A stretch of DNA of 64,000 nucleotides from Spirochaetia bacterium (GTDB lineage Bacteria; Spirochaetota; Spirochaetia; SP-2023), in NCBI GenBank assembly GCA_965225855.1, contig CBDDCK010000005.1, forward strand, positions 736,001-800,000. The letters run 5' to 3'. Positions within the stretch are counted from its first letter, which is position 1; each line of letters begins with the position of its first letter. A model generated the notes under the pieces. The model saw only the letters and a list, made by a program, of their open reading frames with translations. It ran no database searches and was not told the DNA's origin. Shown piece after piece: positions 27,920 through 37,965 of the stretch. A program made the position numbers and the translations under genes.

Positions 27920-30484
27920 GTGAGTAAACCTATGGATAAAAAAACTCTCTACAATACTTATGAAGCTTTAGAGGAGGCACAAGGCCATGAGGCTTTGTAT
28001 CGTCCAGTTGAATCTTGCCTAAAACAAGCCGAGCAAAGCCTAAAGCACCAATTGCGCCCCTACCAACAAAAAGCCCTACAGCGGTTTTTCCATTACGAAA
28101 CCGAGTATAAAAACAAGCACAACAATAACCATCTGCTGTTTGAAATGGCTACCGGCACCGGTAAAACACTTATTATGGCCGCCTTGCTACCGTATTTTTA
28201 CCAACGCGGTTACACCACTTTTATATTTTTCGTCAACAGTACGGCCATTGTCGAAAAAACCAAGCAAAACTTTTGCGACAGTGCTTCTAGCAAATATTTA
28301 TTTGCCCAGCCATTGGTTATAGACGGCGAGCGCATAGAGGTACAAGCCGTACCAAATATTGACGAAGCCCACGACAAGTGCATAAACATTATCTTTACCA
28401 CCATTCAGGGCTTGCATATGCAAATGCAAAACCCTAAGGAAAATACCACCACCTTAGAAGATTTTGCTGATCGCAAAGTAGTATTGCTAGCCGATGAAGC
28501 CCACCACAACAGCACCAATACGAAAGCTAAAGCCAAAGAATTATTGCGTTCTTGGGAAGATACGGTACAGGATATTTACCAGCAAAATAAGGAAAACTAC
28601 CTACTGGAATTTAGTGCCACGGCCGAGCTCAATAAAAAGGAAGTCGAACAAAAATACCATGATAAGGTAATTATACGCTATGGCTTAAAAGAGTTTCGCC
28701 AAGAGGGCTATTCTAAAAATATCTATTTGGCGATCACCAAAACAGAGTCTATAGCAGAACGATTATTGCTGGCAGCAGTTATTAGCCAGTATCGCCAAGA
28801 GTTGGCTGCCCAACATGACCTAAGCATAAAACCAGTATTGTTGTTTATTTCTAAGACAATTAAAGAGAGTAAGGAAGCAGAACAAACATTCCACAATTTA
28901 ATCGAGCACATGGATGAAAGCGATATAGAGAATATTTTTACCCTAGTGCAAAAATACCAAGACATAGATTTATACTGCAAAATGCATGACTTTTTTCACA
29001 AAGAAAATTTTGCCTACAGCCATTTGGCACGGCGTTTAGCAGCCAACTTTTCTAAAGAAAGGTGCATCAATGTCAATGATGATAAAGCTCTGGAAGCAAT
29101 GCAAGTGCACTTAAATACACTGGAAGATAGTAGCAACCCCTATAGAGCGATCTTTGCCGTCAATAAATTAAATGAAGGTTGGGACGTGCTGAACTTGTAC
29201 GATATAGTCAAATTGTACGAAACCAAAAAGCAGAAAGGCAAGCCACCAACCACCCAAGAAGTGCAGCTAATTGGGCGCGGAGCGCGGCTATATCCGTTTG
29301 TGCTAGAAGAGGGGCAAGAAAAGTATAAGCGCAAATACGATGATGATAGCGACCATACACTTGGTATTTTAGAACAGCTACACTTTCATACGGCCGATGG
29401 TTCGGCTTTTATTGACCAGCTCAATAAAGACTTGGACGATGCGGGGTTATTCGATAGCGATAAAAAACAGCACGAAATACGCTTAAAACAATCTTTTATC
29501 GATTCGGAATTATATAAAGAAGGCCATTTTTATACCAATAAACAACACAAGAGCGAGCCCAAAAATTGGCTGCAATATAACTTGTTTGGCGAGATAGAAA
29601 CCCGTTCTTTAGAAGGGCTTAGCGGGTACTACAGTATTGATGTACGCCTAGATATAATGGATATAGACCAACAAGCCACTGCGGAAGTGCTGGAAAATAC
29701 CAAAGCATTAACGCTTAGCCTAAAGGATATTCCCGATAGAATCTTTTTAAAAGCGGTTGCCTCAAACCAGTATTACCGCTTCGAGCCGTTTAGCCGTAAG
29801 CTGGCCATAGATACCATAGTAAAAATCAAAGAGCGATTAAAGCAACATAAGCTAACGATTGCCTATCCAGAAAACTATCGCAAAGCGGAAGTTATGGCCA
29901 TGATGCGCCCATTGCGGAAAGTTTGCGCAAACTTTTTAGCCAATTTACAAGCAAAGATAGAAAATGAATGGAGCGATTTTATTGGCACGAAAGAGCTAAT
30001 TGAACAGCCCATAAAAAAAGTGTTTCAGCACAAAAAGATATTTTTGAATAAGCAAGAAACCATGCTTCCTTGCCAACAATGGCCTTATTTTGCCCAAGAG
30101 CAAGTAAAAGTAAATAACGATGAAGAGCAATGTATAAAAGATGTGCACCAGTTATTACAAGAAGCCAAGCTGCCTATCCGGTGGCTGCTGCGCAATGAAC
30201 GCCAGTTTAAGATATATAACTTTGCCGATGGCCGAGGCTTTGAGCCAGACTTTTTGCTAATGCTGGAAAATAACCATAAAACTATATACCAGATATTTAT
30301 AGAACCCAAAGGCGAGTTTTTGCAGGACTATGACCGCTGGAAAGAACAGCTTATGCAGGATTTTGCCCAGCTAGAAACGCCCGAAAGCCTATACCAAATT
30401 ATTGCGCTGCCATTCTACAACCCAAAAAATAAAACCGAGTTTATGGCTATGTTGGAACAGCGTATCAATAGCTTGCAAACTTAG
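27920..30484 (+). CDS. res: Type III restriction-modification Res subunit (SF2 helicase + PD-(D/E)xK nuclease)
   Basis: MATGTGKT, DEAHH, SAT, LNEGWDV, QLIGRGAR and C-terminal FEPDF...IEPKG; appears intact. Confidence 0.9.
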   Translation: MSKPMDKKTLYNTYEALEEAQGHEALYRPVESCLKQAEQSLKHQLRPYQQKALQRFFHYETEYKNKHNNNHLLFEMATGTGKTLIMAALLPYFYQRGYTTFIFFVNSTAIVEKTKQNFCDSASSKYLFAQPLVIDGERIEVQAVPNIDEAHDKCINIIFTTIQGLHMQMQNPKENTTTLEDFADRKVVLLADEAHHNSTNTKAKAKELLRSWEDTVQDIYQQNKENYLLEFSATAELNKKEVEQKYHDKVIIRYGLKEFRQEGYSKNIYLAITKTESIAERLLLAAVISQYRQELAAQHDLSIKPVLLFISKTIKESKEAEQTFHNLIEHMDESDIENIFTLVQKYQDIDLYCKMHDFFHKENFAYSHLARRLAANFSKERCINVNDDKALEAMQVHLNTLEDSSNPYRAIFAVNKLNEGWDVLNLYDIVKLYETKKQKGKPPTTQEVQLIGRGARLYPFVLEEGQEKYKRKYDDDSDHTLGILEQLHFHTADGSAFIDQLNKDLDDAGLFDSDKKQHEIRLKQSFIDSELYKEGHFYTNKQHKSEPKNWLQYNLFGEIETRSLEGLSGYYSIDVRLDIMDIDQQATAEVLENTKALTLSLKDIPDRIFLKAVASNQYYRFEPFSRKLAIDTIVKIKERLKQHKLTIAYPENYRKAEVMAMMRPLRKVCANFLANLQAKIENEWSDFIGTKELIEQPIKKVFQHKKIFLNKQETMLPCQQWPYFAQEQVKVNNDEEQCIKDVHQLLQEAKLPIRWLLRNERQFKIYNFADGRGFEPDFLLMLENNHKTIYQIFIEPKGEFLQDYDRWKEQLMQDFAQLETPESLYQIIALPFYNPKNKTEFMAMLEQRINSLQT

Positions 30485-30530
30485 TTTGTGGGCTAGGGCC
30501 TTATTAGTTTATGGGCTAGGGCCTTAGGGA

Positions 30531-30716
30531 ATGAACGGTAGAGAACTAATAAAACTGTTAGAACAAAACGGCTGGCAGTTAGTCCGCATAAAAGGTTCGC
30601 ACCATGTAATGAAGAAGGAAGGGATAGAGAGACAAGTATCTGTTCCGGTTCATAAAGGAAAAGATATTCCCAAAGGTACTTGTAAACAAATATTGAAAAA
30701 AGCAGGATTAAAGTAG
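30531..30716 (+). CDS. hicA: HicA-family toxin (copy 1)
   Basis: 61 aa; RIKGSHH and VPVH motifs. Confidence 0.92.
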   Translation: MNGRELIKLLEQNGWQLVRIKGSHHVMKKEGIERQVSVPVHKGKDIPKGTCKQILKKAGLK

Positions 30717-30737
30717 AATTAAAGTAAGGATAAAAGA

Positions 30738-31166
30738 ATGGTTATTATTCACTATATCGCCAATCTAAAGTACGACAGACAAACAGATATGTACGAGATT
30801 GAAATTCCAGAAATAGAAGGATGTTATACTTGCTCTCCTCCGTCTTATGAACAAGCAGCCCAGATGGGTAAAGAAATTTTAAGCATTGTCTTGGCCGAGT
30901 GTCTTGAAATAGGTGAAATTATTCCGCGGCCTAAGAATAATAAGCCTACAGAATCGCAAATAGCGATTCGCCCCGAGCCGGATATTGCCTTGGCGTTATG
31001 GTTGCGTTGGCAGCGCGAAGACCGCCAGCTTAGCCAGGAACAAATGGCCAAGCAGTGCGAGCTGGATATGAACACCTATCAACGTTTAGAATCTGCCAAT
31101 GAGCCGGCGATGAAGATACTAACTAAACTCGAGCACGGTTTGGGTGAGAATATTTTCGCTCTATAA
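30738..31166 (+). CDS. hicB: HicB-family antitoxin with XRE-type HTH (copy 1)
   Basis: Y.IEIPEIEGCYT N-terminal domain; LSQEQMAK...YQRLE HTH; follows hicA. Confidence 0.88.
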   Translation: MVIIHYIANLKYDRQTDMYEIEIPEIEGCYTCSPPSYEQAAQMGKEILSIVLAECLEIGEIIPRPKNNKPTESQIAIRPEPDIALALWLRWQREDRQLSQEQMAKQCELDMNTYQRLESANEPAMKILTKLEHGLGENIFAL

Positions 31167-31255
31167 TGAAGCCTTGGCAATTATTAAAAATAGTGTATAC
31201 ATGAAGTCTATCAACCAATTGCAAACTTAGTTTGTACGGCTTGGGGCCTTACGCA

Positions 31256-31438
31256 GTGAGCGGTAGAGAAATAATAAAACTTTTGGAACAAAACGGCTGG
31301 CAGTTAGACCGCATCAAGGGCTCGCACCATGTAATGAACAAGGAAGGAGAAAGGTCTATTGCCGTTCCAGTTCATGGAAATAAAGATTTAAAGACCGGTA
31401 TTGTTCAGCAAATAATGAAGGACGGAGGTTTGAAATGA
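31256..31438 (+). CDS. hicA: HicA-family toxin (copy 2)
   Basis: GTG start aligns with copy 1; RIKGSHH and VPVHG motifs. Confidence 0.9.
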   Translation: MSGREIIKLLEQNGWQLDRIKGSHHVMNKEGERSIAVPVHGNKDLKTGIVQQIMKDGGLK

Positions 31439-31869
31439 AAGAGATTTACTACATTGCCCATATTGATTATGAAGACGAAACAGATATGTATGGGGTTGTA
31501 TTTCCAGAAATACAAGGTTGCTATACTTGCGCACCTTCTACTATTGAAAGGGCAGTAGAGATGGCAAAGGAAGTTTTAAGTATTGTTTTAGAAGAGCAGC
31601 TTAAAAATGGAGATGCTATTGTTAGGCCTAGCAAGGCCATGATTACGCAGACAGAATCGCAAATAGCGATTCGCCCCGAGCCGGATATTGCCTTGGCGTT
31701 GTGGTTGCGCTGGCAGCGCGAAGACCGCCAGCTTAGCCAGGAACAAATGGCCAAGCAGTGTGCGCTGGATATGAGCACCTATCAACGTTTAGAATCTGCC
31801 AATGAGCCGGCGATGAAGATACTAAGCAAACTCGAGCACGGTTTGGGTGAGCATGTTTTCACTCTATAG
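31435..31869 (+). CDS. hicB: HicB-family antitoxin with XRE-type HTH (copy 2)
   Basis: YGVVFPEIQGCYT; HTH almost identical to copy 1; ATGA overlap with hicA2. Confidence 0.88.
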   Translation: MKEIYYIAHIDYEDETDMYGVVFPEIQGCYTCAPSTIERAVEMAKEVLSIVLEEQLKNGDAIVRPSKAMITQTESQIAIRPEPDIALALWLRWQREDRQLSQEQMAKQCALDMSTYQRLESANEPAMKILSKLEHGLGEHVFTL

Positions 31870-31877
31870 TGGGGTTT

Positions 31878-32050
31878 GGGCGTTCACGGTGGTAAAAATT
31901 GCAAAACCCTTATAAAATGCTTGTTAAAATCTTACTTACATAATATCAAAAAGCATATAATGCAGAGTAAGGCACATTTTATAAACCAATAAAATAGAAG
32001 AGGTGTGGTATGAATTATGCTATTTGGAACAATAAAGGCGGGGTAGGCAA
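31878..32050 (+). repeat. About 130-bp leader (copy 1) plus first parA codons; second copy at about 38886-39020
   Basis: ttcacggtgg...caaaacccttataaaatgctt...aaaatctta..tacataatatcaaaaagcatataa...agagtaa.gcacatttta is shared with 38891-39000. Confidence 0.85.
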
Positions 32051-33041
32051 GTCTTTTTTAACGTTTGTGTTGGCCACAGAATACGCCAAAGCGCACCCCA
32101 AACAACAAGTATGTGTGATAGACATGTGCCCGCAGGCCAATGTGAGCGAAATACTTTTAGGTGGCAACGGCAAGGGCCATAAAAATATCTCTAGCTTTCT
32201 TTCTAGCACGGACAATAGAGGAAGAACAACCATCGGAGGGTATTTGGACAAAAGATTATCCCAGCCCGATAGCAAGACTGGCAATGAATCCCATTATGCC
32301 ATAGCGATAAAAAAAGATTTTGCAATAAGTAACATTCCCAACAATCTTTTATTGGTTTGTGGCGATCCTTCGTTGGAGCTGCAAGTACAGTCTATTAATC
32401 AAATAGCTTCGGTAGATTTGCCGGAAGGCCGATGGGGCAATGTGCATCACTGGATTCAAGACCTTATCGATGGAATCTCTAGCAATTACGACAACAATGT
32501 GGTTTATTTTATAGATTGTAACCCCAGTTTTGCCACCTACACAGCCCAAGCGGTATTGGCAGCCCAAAGGTTGATCGTACCGTGTACTGCCGATGGAGCT
32601 TCGGCGCGGGCTATAGACAACATTGGCCAATTATTATATGGCGTTGGGGTGTCGCAACTGTATGCCAAAACCAATTTTTGCGCCAAAGCCAAGGAAAACC
32701 ATTTGGAAATTCCTAAAATACACCTTGTTTTGCTCAATAGATACACTACCAGTAGCAATGCCCCCAGTAAAGCATTTGAAGCTATGTACAAAGAAGTAAG
32801 GAATAGAGTCTCTACATTTACTGGCAAAGATATTTTACTGAACAATGATACAGAGAGAACTTGCCAAGAGATACCCGATGCCCACGCGGTAGCGATAACT
32901 TCTTCGGAGTTAGCAATTCCTATTTCAGAATTAACGGCTAAAGCATATCCATTACAACACGGCCAAACACAGATTAACCAAGCACCGCTAGAACGCTATC
33001 AAAAGGCCATCAATAAGATACTTCCATTATTATTGCAATAG
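32010..33041 (+). CDS. Orphan ParA/Soj-family ATPase
   Basis: Deviant Walker A NNKGGVGKS, IDMCPQAN, IDCNPS; no parB adjacent. Confidence 0.88.
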   Translation: MNYAIWNNKGGVGKSFLTFVLATEYAKAHPKQQVCVIDMCPQANVSEILLGGNGKGHKNISSFLSSTDNRGRTTIGGYLDKRLSQPDSKTGNESHYAIAIKKDFAISNIPNNLLLVCGDPSLELQVQSINQIASVDLPEGRWGNVHHWIQDLIDGISSNYDNNVVYFIDCNPSFATYTAQAVLAAQRLIVPCTADGASARAIDNIGQLLYGVGVSQLYAKTNFCAKAKENHLEIPKIHLVLLNRYTTSSNAPSKAFEAMYKEVRNRVSTFTGKDILLNNDTERTCQEIPDAHAVAITSSELAIPISELTAKAYPLQHGQTQINQAPLERYQKAINKILPLLLQ

Positions 33042-33059
33042 TTTGGCTACCCCCCAAAA

Positions 33060-33208
33060 GCGCCCCGGCTAAATACGGGGAGAGCTTAGGCTAAATACGG
33101 GAAGAGCTTTAGACAAATACGGGGAGAGCTTCGGCTAAATACGGGAATAAGTTTGACGCAATACGCAAATAAATTATCGTTATACAGTATAAACAAATAG
33201 GAGAAACT
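33060..33208 (+). repeat. 22-bp-period array 1 (5 units, core AATACG) plus promoter/RBS leader of mod1
   Basis: AATACG at 33072, 33094, 33116, 33138, 33160. The last unit carries TTGACG-N16-TATCGT, then AGGAG. Confidence 0.9.
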
Positions 33209-35095
33209 ATGAAGACCCCACCCCTAAGCCTAGAATACCTAAAGAATTTACTACAAGCCCAGCCGCACTACCTAGACCAAGAGGGCGAGCTAAACACGGC
33301 TTTATTGTATAAGCTAGCCCAGCAGTGCCAGCGCAATTTGCTGGAATTGTTGTTTGCCGATACGGCTGCGCGCAAGGCGTTTTTCTTGGAACAAGGCGGG
33401 GTTACGGTATTTGTGCGCGACCATTTTATCGACTACATACAGCACAAACGCTTTGTGGCCAATAGCTACACCGCCTATCGTAACAAAATTGGCTTGCACG
33501 ATGAGCACGACTATCTAAAGAAAAGCCAAGATGTGGTGCTGGCCTTTCCGTTTAAAGACTGCGTACTGGAAGGTGGCCAAACTAAAGACGATGCCAAGCG
33601 CAGCGAACGCTACTACCACCGCATACTGGCGATAGAACAACTTGACCGCTTGCTGGACCCCAAAGTGCTAACTAACGCGCGCCGCTATACTAAGGAGGGC
33701 CCAAGCGAATGTAGGGAATTTACCCGCAAACCAAGCGACCATACCATTAGCGATAATTTGATTATTAAAGGCAACAATTTAATTGCGTTGCATACCATCA
33801 AGGAACAGTTTGCCAAAAAAGTACAGCTGATCTACATCGACCCACCGTATAACACCGGCAACGATAGCTTTTTGTATAACGACAACTTTAACCACAGCAC
33901 TTGGTTGGTATTTATGAAAAATCGCCTAGAAGCAGCGCGCGAACTGCTGCGAGACGATGGCGTGATTTTTGTTCAGTGTGATGACAACGAACAGGCTTAT
34001 TTGAAGGTACTCATGGACGAAGTCTTTGGACGGGAGAATTTTGTTGCTAGTTTAGTTTATAAAAGAAGAAAAACCCAAGCAAATCTAACTAAGTGGATTG
34101 CTCCTATACATGAATATATTTTAGGATTTGCGAAGAGTAAAAATAGTTTATCAATAAATAGAATACCTTTGCGACAAGAGTATGTGAAAGAAATGTATAA
34201 GAATCCTGATAATGATTCCCGTGGTTTATGGAGAACGAAACCGTTAGCATCGCCTGATAACTCACCTAACAAAGAGTTTGAATTAGATTTAAGAAACGGC
34301 AGAAAAATTAAAGCAAAATGGAGAGTTTCCCAAAAGACTTATGATCAATACTTAAAAGATAATTTAGTCGTTATCCCTAGAGGCGGGGAAGGAATGCCTA
34401 ATGCAAAAGTTTTTTTGAAAGATAATGAAGGGCAAATACCTAATACTCTTTTAATTGATGTTGCAACGAATGAACAAGGCAGTAAAGAAATAGAACTTAT
34501 TTTTGGCTCTAATAGTGCTTTTGCCTATCCCAAGCCGGAAGGGCTGTTACAAAGGATTATCGAGATTGCCACTAAGCAAGGCGACCTAGTGCTAGACTTT
34601 TGTTTGGGCAGCGGAACTACTGCGGCGGTTGCCCACAAAATGGGCAGGCAATATATCGGCATTGAACAAATGGACTATATACAAACTATTGCGGTAGAGC
34701 GCCTTACCAAAGTTATTGCCGGCGAACAGGGCGGCATCAGCAAAAATGTAGCTTGGCAAGGCGGTGGCAGCTTTGTCTATTTAGAGCTGAAAGCGCACAA
34801 CCAAACTTTTATAGGGCGTATTACCGAGGCCACCACCCAAGCGCAAATGGCGCAAATACAGCAAGAGTTACTCAAAAACCCAGATTTGGACTACCGCCTA
34901 AACACCCAAGAGGTACGGCAGAGCGCCGAAGATTTTGCCGCGCTAAGCCTAGACGATCAAAGGCAAGCGCTTATTGACTTTTTGGAACTAAACCAATTAT
35001 ATGTGCCGTATACCGAGCGCAAAGACACGCGCTTTAATTGCACAGACAAAGAAATTAACCTAAGCGAAAGTTTTTACAAGGGAGAAAAATCATGA
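33209..35095 (+). CDS. mod: Type III R-M Mod subunit 1 (beta-class adenine MTase)
   Basis: NLIIKGNNL, IYIDPPYNTG, YPKPEGLL, LDFCLGSGTT, GIEQMDY. Confidence 0.9.
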   Translation: MKTPPLSLEYLKNLLQAQPHYLDQEGELNTALLYKLAQQCQRNLLELLFADTAARKAFFLEQGGVTVFVRDHFIDYIQHKRFVANSYTAYRNKIGLHDEHDYLKKSQDVVLAFPFKDCVLEGGQTKDDAKRSERYYHRILAIEQLDRLLDPKVLTNARRYTKEGPSECREFTRKPSDHTISDNLIIKGNNLIALHTIKEQFAKKVQLIYIDPPYNTGNDSFLYNDNFNHSTWLVFMKNRLEAARELLRDDGVIFVQCDDNEQAYLKVLMDEVFGRENFVASLVYKRRKTQANLTKWIAPIHEYILGFAKSKNSLSINRIPLRQEYVKEMYKNPDNDSRGLWRTKPLASPDNSPNKEFELDLRNGRKIKAKWRVSQKTYDQYLKDNLVVIPRGGEGMPNAKVFLKDNEGQIPNTLLIDVATNEQGSKEIELIFGSNSAFAYPKPEGLLQRIIEIATKQGDLVLDFCLGSGTTAAVAHKMGRQYIGIEQMDYIQTIAVERLTKVIAGEQGGISKNVAWQGGGSFVYLELKAHNQTFIGRITEATTQAQMAQIQQELLKNPDLDYRLNTQEVRQSAEDFAALSLDDQRQALIDFLELNQLYVPYTERKDTRFNCTDKEINLSESFYKGEKS

Positions 35096-36636
35096 ACGAC
35101 CGTGAAATAGAATTTTTTACACAGATTATTGATAATCCCAATTCTACCAATGAACAGAAGGCGGGGGCGTATGGTAGTAGGGGAAATGCTTACAGCGAAC
35201 AAGGAAAGTATAAAGAGGCCATAGCCGACTTTACCCAAGCCATTGAGCTATTTACAGATAATAACGACAAAGCAATAGCTTATTTCAACAGAGGCCTTAC
35301 TTATTTTCAACAAAAAGGATACGAGCCTGCCATAGCAGACTATAGACAGGCCATTGGCTTATCTACAGATAACAACGACAAAGCAAAGGCGTATTTCAAC
35401 AGAGGCTATGTTTATAGAGAACAAAAAGAATATGAGCCCGCCATAGTGGATTTCACTCAAGCCATTGGGCTATTCACGGATAATAACGACAAAGCCAATG
35501 CGTATTTCAACAGAGGAGCTATTTACGGGGAACAAGAAAAATATAAGCTAGCGATAGCGGATTTTACCCAGGCCATTAGCTTATCTAAAGATAACAACGA
35601 CAAAGCAAAGATATATGATAACAGAGGCAATGCTTACTGTAAAACAGGAAAATACCAACAAGCGATAGCAAACTATACACAAGGGATTGACTTATATACA
35701 GATAACAACGACAAAGCCAATGCGTATTTCAACAGAGGCAATGCGTACAACAAACAAGGAAAATACCAACAAGCGATAGCAAACTATACACAAGGGATTG
35801 ACTTATATACAGATAACAACGACAAAGCCAATGCGTATTTCAACAGAGGCAATGCGTACAACAAACAAGGAAAATATCCAGAAGCCATAGCCGACTATAC
35901 CCAAGCCATTGACTTATACAAAGCGGATAACGACAAAGCAATTGCGTATTTAAACAGAGGCAATGCTTACGGAGAACAAGAAAAATACCAGCAAGCAATA
36001 GATGATTTTACAGAGGCCATTGAGTTATTCACGGATAACAACGATAAAGCAAAGGCATATCATAATAGGGCTATTGTTTACGGAGAACAAGAAAAATACC
36101 AGCAAGCGATAGCGGATTTTACAGAGGCCATTGGCTTATTCACGGATAATAACGACAAAGCCAATGCGTATTATAACATAGGCATTGTTTACGGAGAACA
36201 AGAAAAATACCAGCAAGCAATAGATGATTTTACAGAGGCCATTGAGTTATTCACGGATAACAACGATAAAGCAAAGGCATATCATAATAGGGCTATTGTT
36301 TACGGAGAACAAGAAAAATACCAGCAAGCAATAGATGATTTTACAGAGGCCATTGGCTTATTCACGGATAATAACGACAAAGCCAATGCGTATTATAACA
36401 TAGGCATTGCTTACGGAGAACAAGAAAAATACCAGCAAGCAATAGATGATTTTACAGAGGCCATTGAGTTATTCACGGATAATAACGAAAAAGCAGAGGC
36501 GCATTACAACAGGGGCCTTATTTACAGCAAACAAGAAAAATACGAACAAGCAGTAGCAGATTTTGATGAAGTTACAAAGCTAAACCCAGACCATGAATTA
36601 AAATACTTACAACAAGAAATTGCTGCTATATTATGA
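35092..36636 (+). CDS. TPR protein with 13 x 37-aa repeats
   Basis: AxAYxNRGxxY...AIADFTQAI.L-TDNNDK repeats; ATGA overlap with the mod1 stop. Confidence 0.92.
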   Translation: MNDREIEFFTQIIDNPNSTNEQKAGAYGSRGNAYSEQGKYKEAIADFTQAIELFTDNNDKAIAYFNRGLTYFQQKGYEPAIADYRQAIGLSTDNNDKAKAYFNRGYVYREQKEYEPAIVDFTQAIGLFTDNNDKANAYFNRGAIYGEQEKYKLAIADFTQAISLSKDNNDKAKIYDNRGNAYCKTGKYQQAIANYTQGIDLYTDNNDKANAYFNRGNAYNKQGKYQQAIANYTQGIDLYTDNNDKANAYFNRGNAYNKQGKYPEAIADYTQAIDLYKADNDKAIAYLNRGNAYGEQEKYQQAIDDFTEAIELFTDNNDKAKAYHNRAIVYGEQEKYQQAIADFTEAIGLFTDNNDKANAYYNIGIVYGEQEKYQQAIDDFTEAIELFTDNNDKAKAYHNRAIVYGEQEKYQQAIDDFTEAIGLFTDNNDKANAYYNIGIAYGEQEKYQQAIDDFTEAIELFTDNNEKAEAHYNRGLIYSKQEKYEQAVADFDEVTKLNPDHELKYLQQEIAAIL

Positions 36637-37790
36637 AACAAGAGTACATAAAGCTTATTGATTATCTCAATATGGCTTTAAGGCGTGGTTTACCGACTGA
36701 ACCTGTAAAAGCATACATTAAAAATACATTTGGCAAACAAGATACTGTTATTGATAGTATACTTGTTATCTTTGAAAATGTTCTCCATATACTAGATGAA
36801 TTAAAGGTAAGCAAAGATTCTAAAGACAAAGTAAAATACCTTTCTCATACAACCAAACTGCCAGTATTTACTAAGTATTTGGTCCCGATAAACAGTGAGG
36901 GAGAACCAGAACTAGGCAAATTGCACATGTACCATATTGCCTATGCCAACGACCCCACCGAAGGAACGGTGCTATTGGACCACTTAGGCATTGCGCACGA
37001 ACCAATAAAATCCAGTGCCAATATTCCCTATGTAATGGTGGCCAGCTTTTGTGGTGGCCAAACACCCGAAGCATTAGACCGTTTGCCCATATGGAGTATG
37101 TACGGCGATGATGCTAAAGGTATTGCCTTGCTCTTTCAAACAGAAGACTTAGCCTATAGTGGGCCAGAGCATGCCCTACCGCGTTTTTCATCATTTGAAT
37201 TTAATAAATTAAGTGATGATAGTAAGCAAGGCAAAGTGGCTACAGTGGCACAAAAAAATAAAGAAAGCACAGAAGAAGCGCCCCCACAGATATTATACAA
37301 AGTCCGATATATAGATAGCAGCAACCAAGAAGTGGATGGGGAAATGAAGGAAATAAGAGACAGCCTTAAACAAATAAAAGAAAAAGAGCAACAAATAAAG
37401 GAAGAGAATAAAAATGACCTTTCGATATACCATAAATGCTTAGAGTTACTAAACGGCATACGCTATTTGATAAAAGACAAAAGCTATGCCCACGAACAAG
37501 AATATCGTTTCGTGTGTTTTGCCGGTACCGAACATATCCCTGAAATACTAAAAAGAGAAGTGCTTACAGAACCAGAACAAGAGCCAAAAGATACCCAAGA
37601 CCATAGCCGCTCTCGTATTTATGTAGAAACCGATATACTAAAGAAGCTATGCGCGGTACTAACGGCCCCGAAAATAGAAAAGGGAAACGTCCTAGATATA
37701 CAGTATATTTTGCATTGGTATACAAAGTCGGACCAATTCCTCAAACCAGAACAATTGCCCGTATATACAAGCAGTATTCCGTACCGCTAG
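36633..37790 (+). CDS. DUF2971-like domain protein
   Basis: ANDPTEG, SFC...DRLPIWSMYGDD.KGIAL, LYKVRY and K..SYAHEQEYR motifs typical of DUF2971 proteins; ATGA overlap with the TPR gene. Confidence 0.7.
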   Translation: MKQEYIKLIDYLNMALRRGLPTEPVKAYIKNTFGKQDTVIDSILVIFENVLHILDELKVSKDSKDKVKYLSHTTKLPVFTKYLVPINSEGEPELGKLHMYHIAYANDPTEGTVLLDHLGIAHEPIKSSANIPYVMVASFCGGQTPEALDRLPIWSMYGDDAKGIALLFQTEDLAYSGPEHALPRFSSFEFNKLSDDSKQGKVATVAQKNKESTEEAPPQILYKVRYIDSSNQEVDGEMKEIRDSLKQIKEKEQQIKEENKNDLSIYHKCLELLNGIRYLIKDKSYAHEQEYRFVCFAGTEHIPEILKREVLTEPEQEPKDTQDHSRSRIYVETDILKKLCAVLTAPKIEKGNVLDIQYILHWYTKSDQFLKPEQLPVYTSSIPYR

Positions 37791-37797
37791 CTTGCGG

Positions 37798-37913
37798 CCC
37801 GGCCCGGCTCAATACGCAAAGCGCCCCGCTCTAAATACCGAGAGAGCCCCGGCAATATATGCAAAGAACTTTAGCAATATAGCGATGGACAAAAATAAAA
37901 GGCACGGTACAAT
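37798..37913 (+). repeat. Degenerate 22-bp-period array 2 and promoter before the TIR gene
   Basis: aatacgcaaa at 37811 and aataccgaga at 37834, with weaker units after; TGGACA-N16-TACAAT at 37886-37913. Confidence 0.6.
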
Positions 37914-37965
37914 ACTTTTGCTAAGCTATGTTTTAGCCGATAGTAAAGGTTAAGGAGAAACTATT

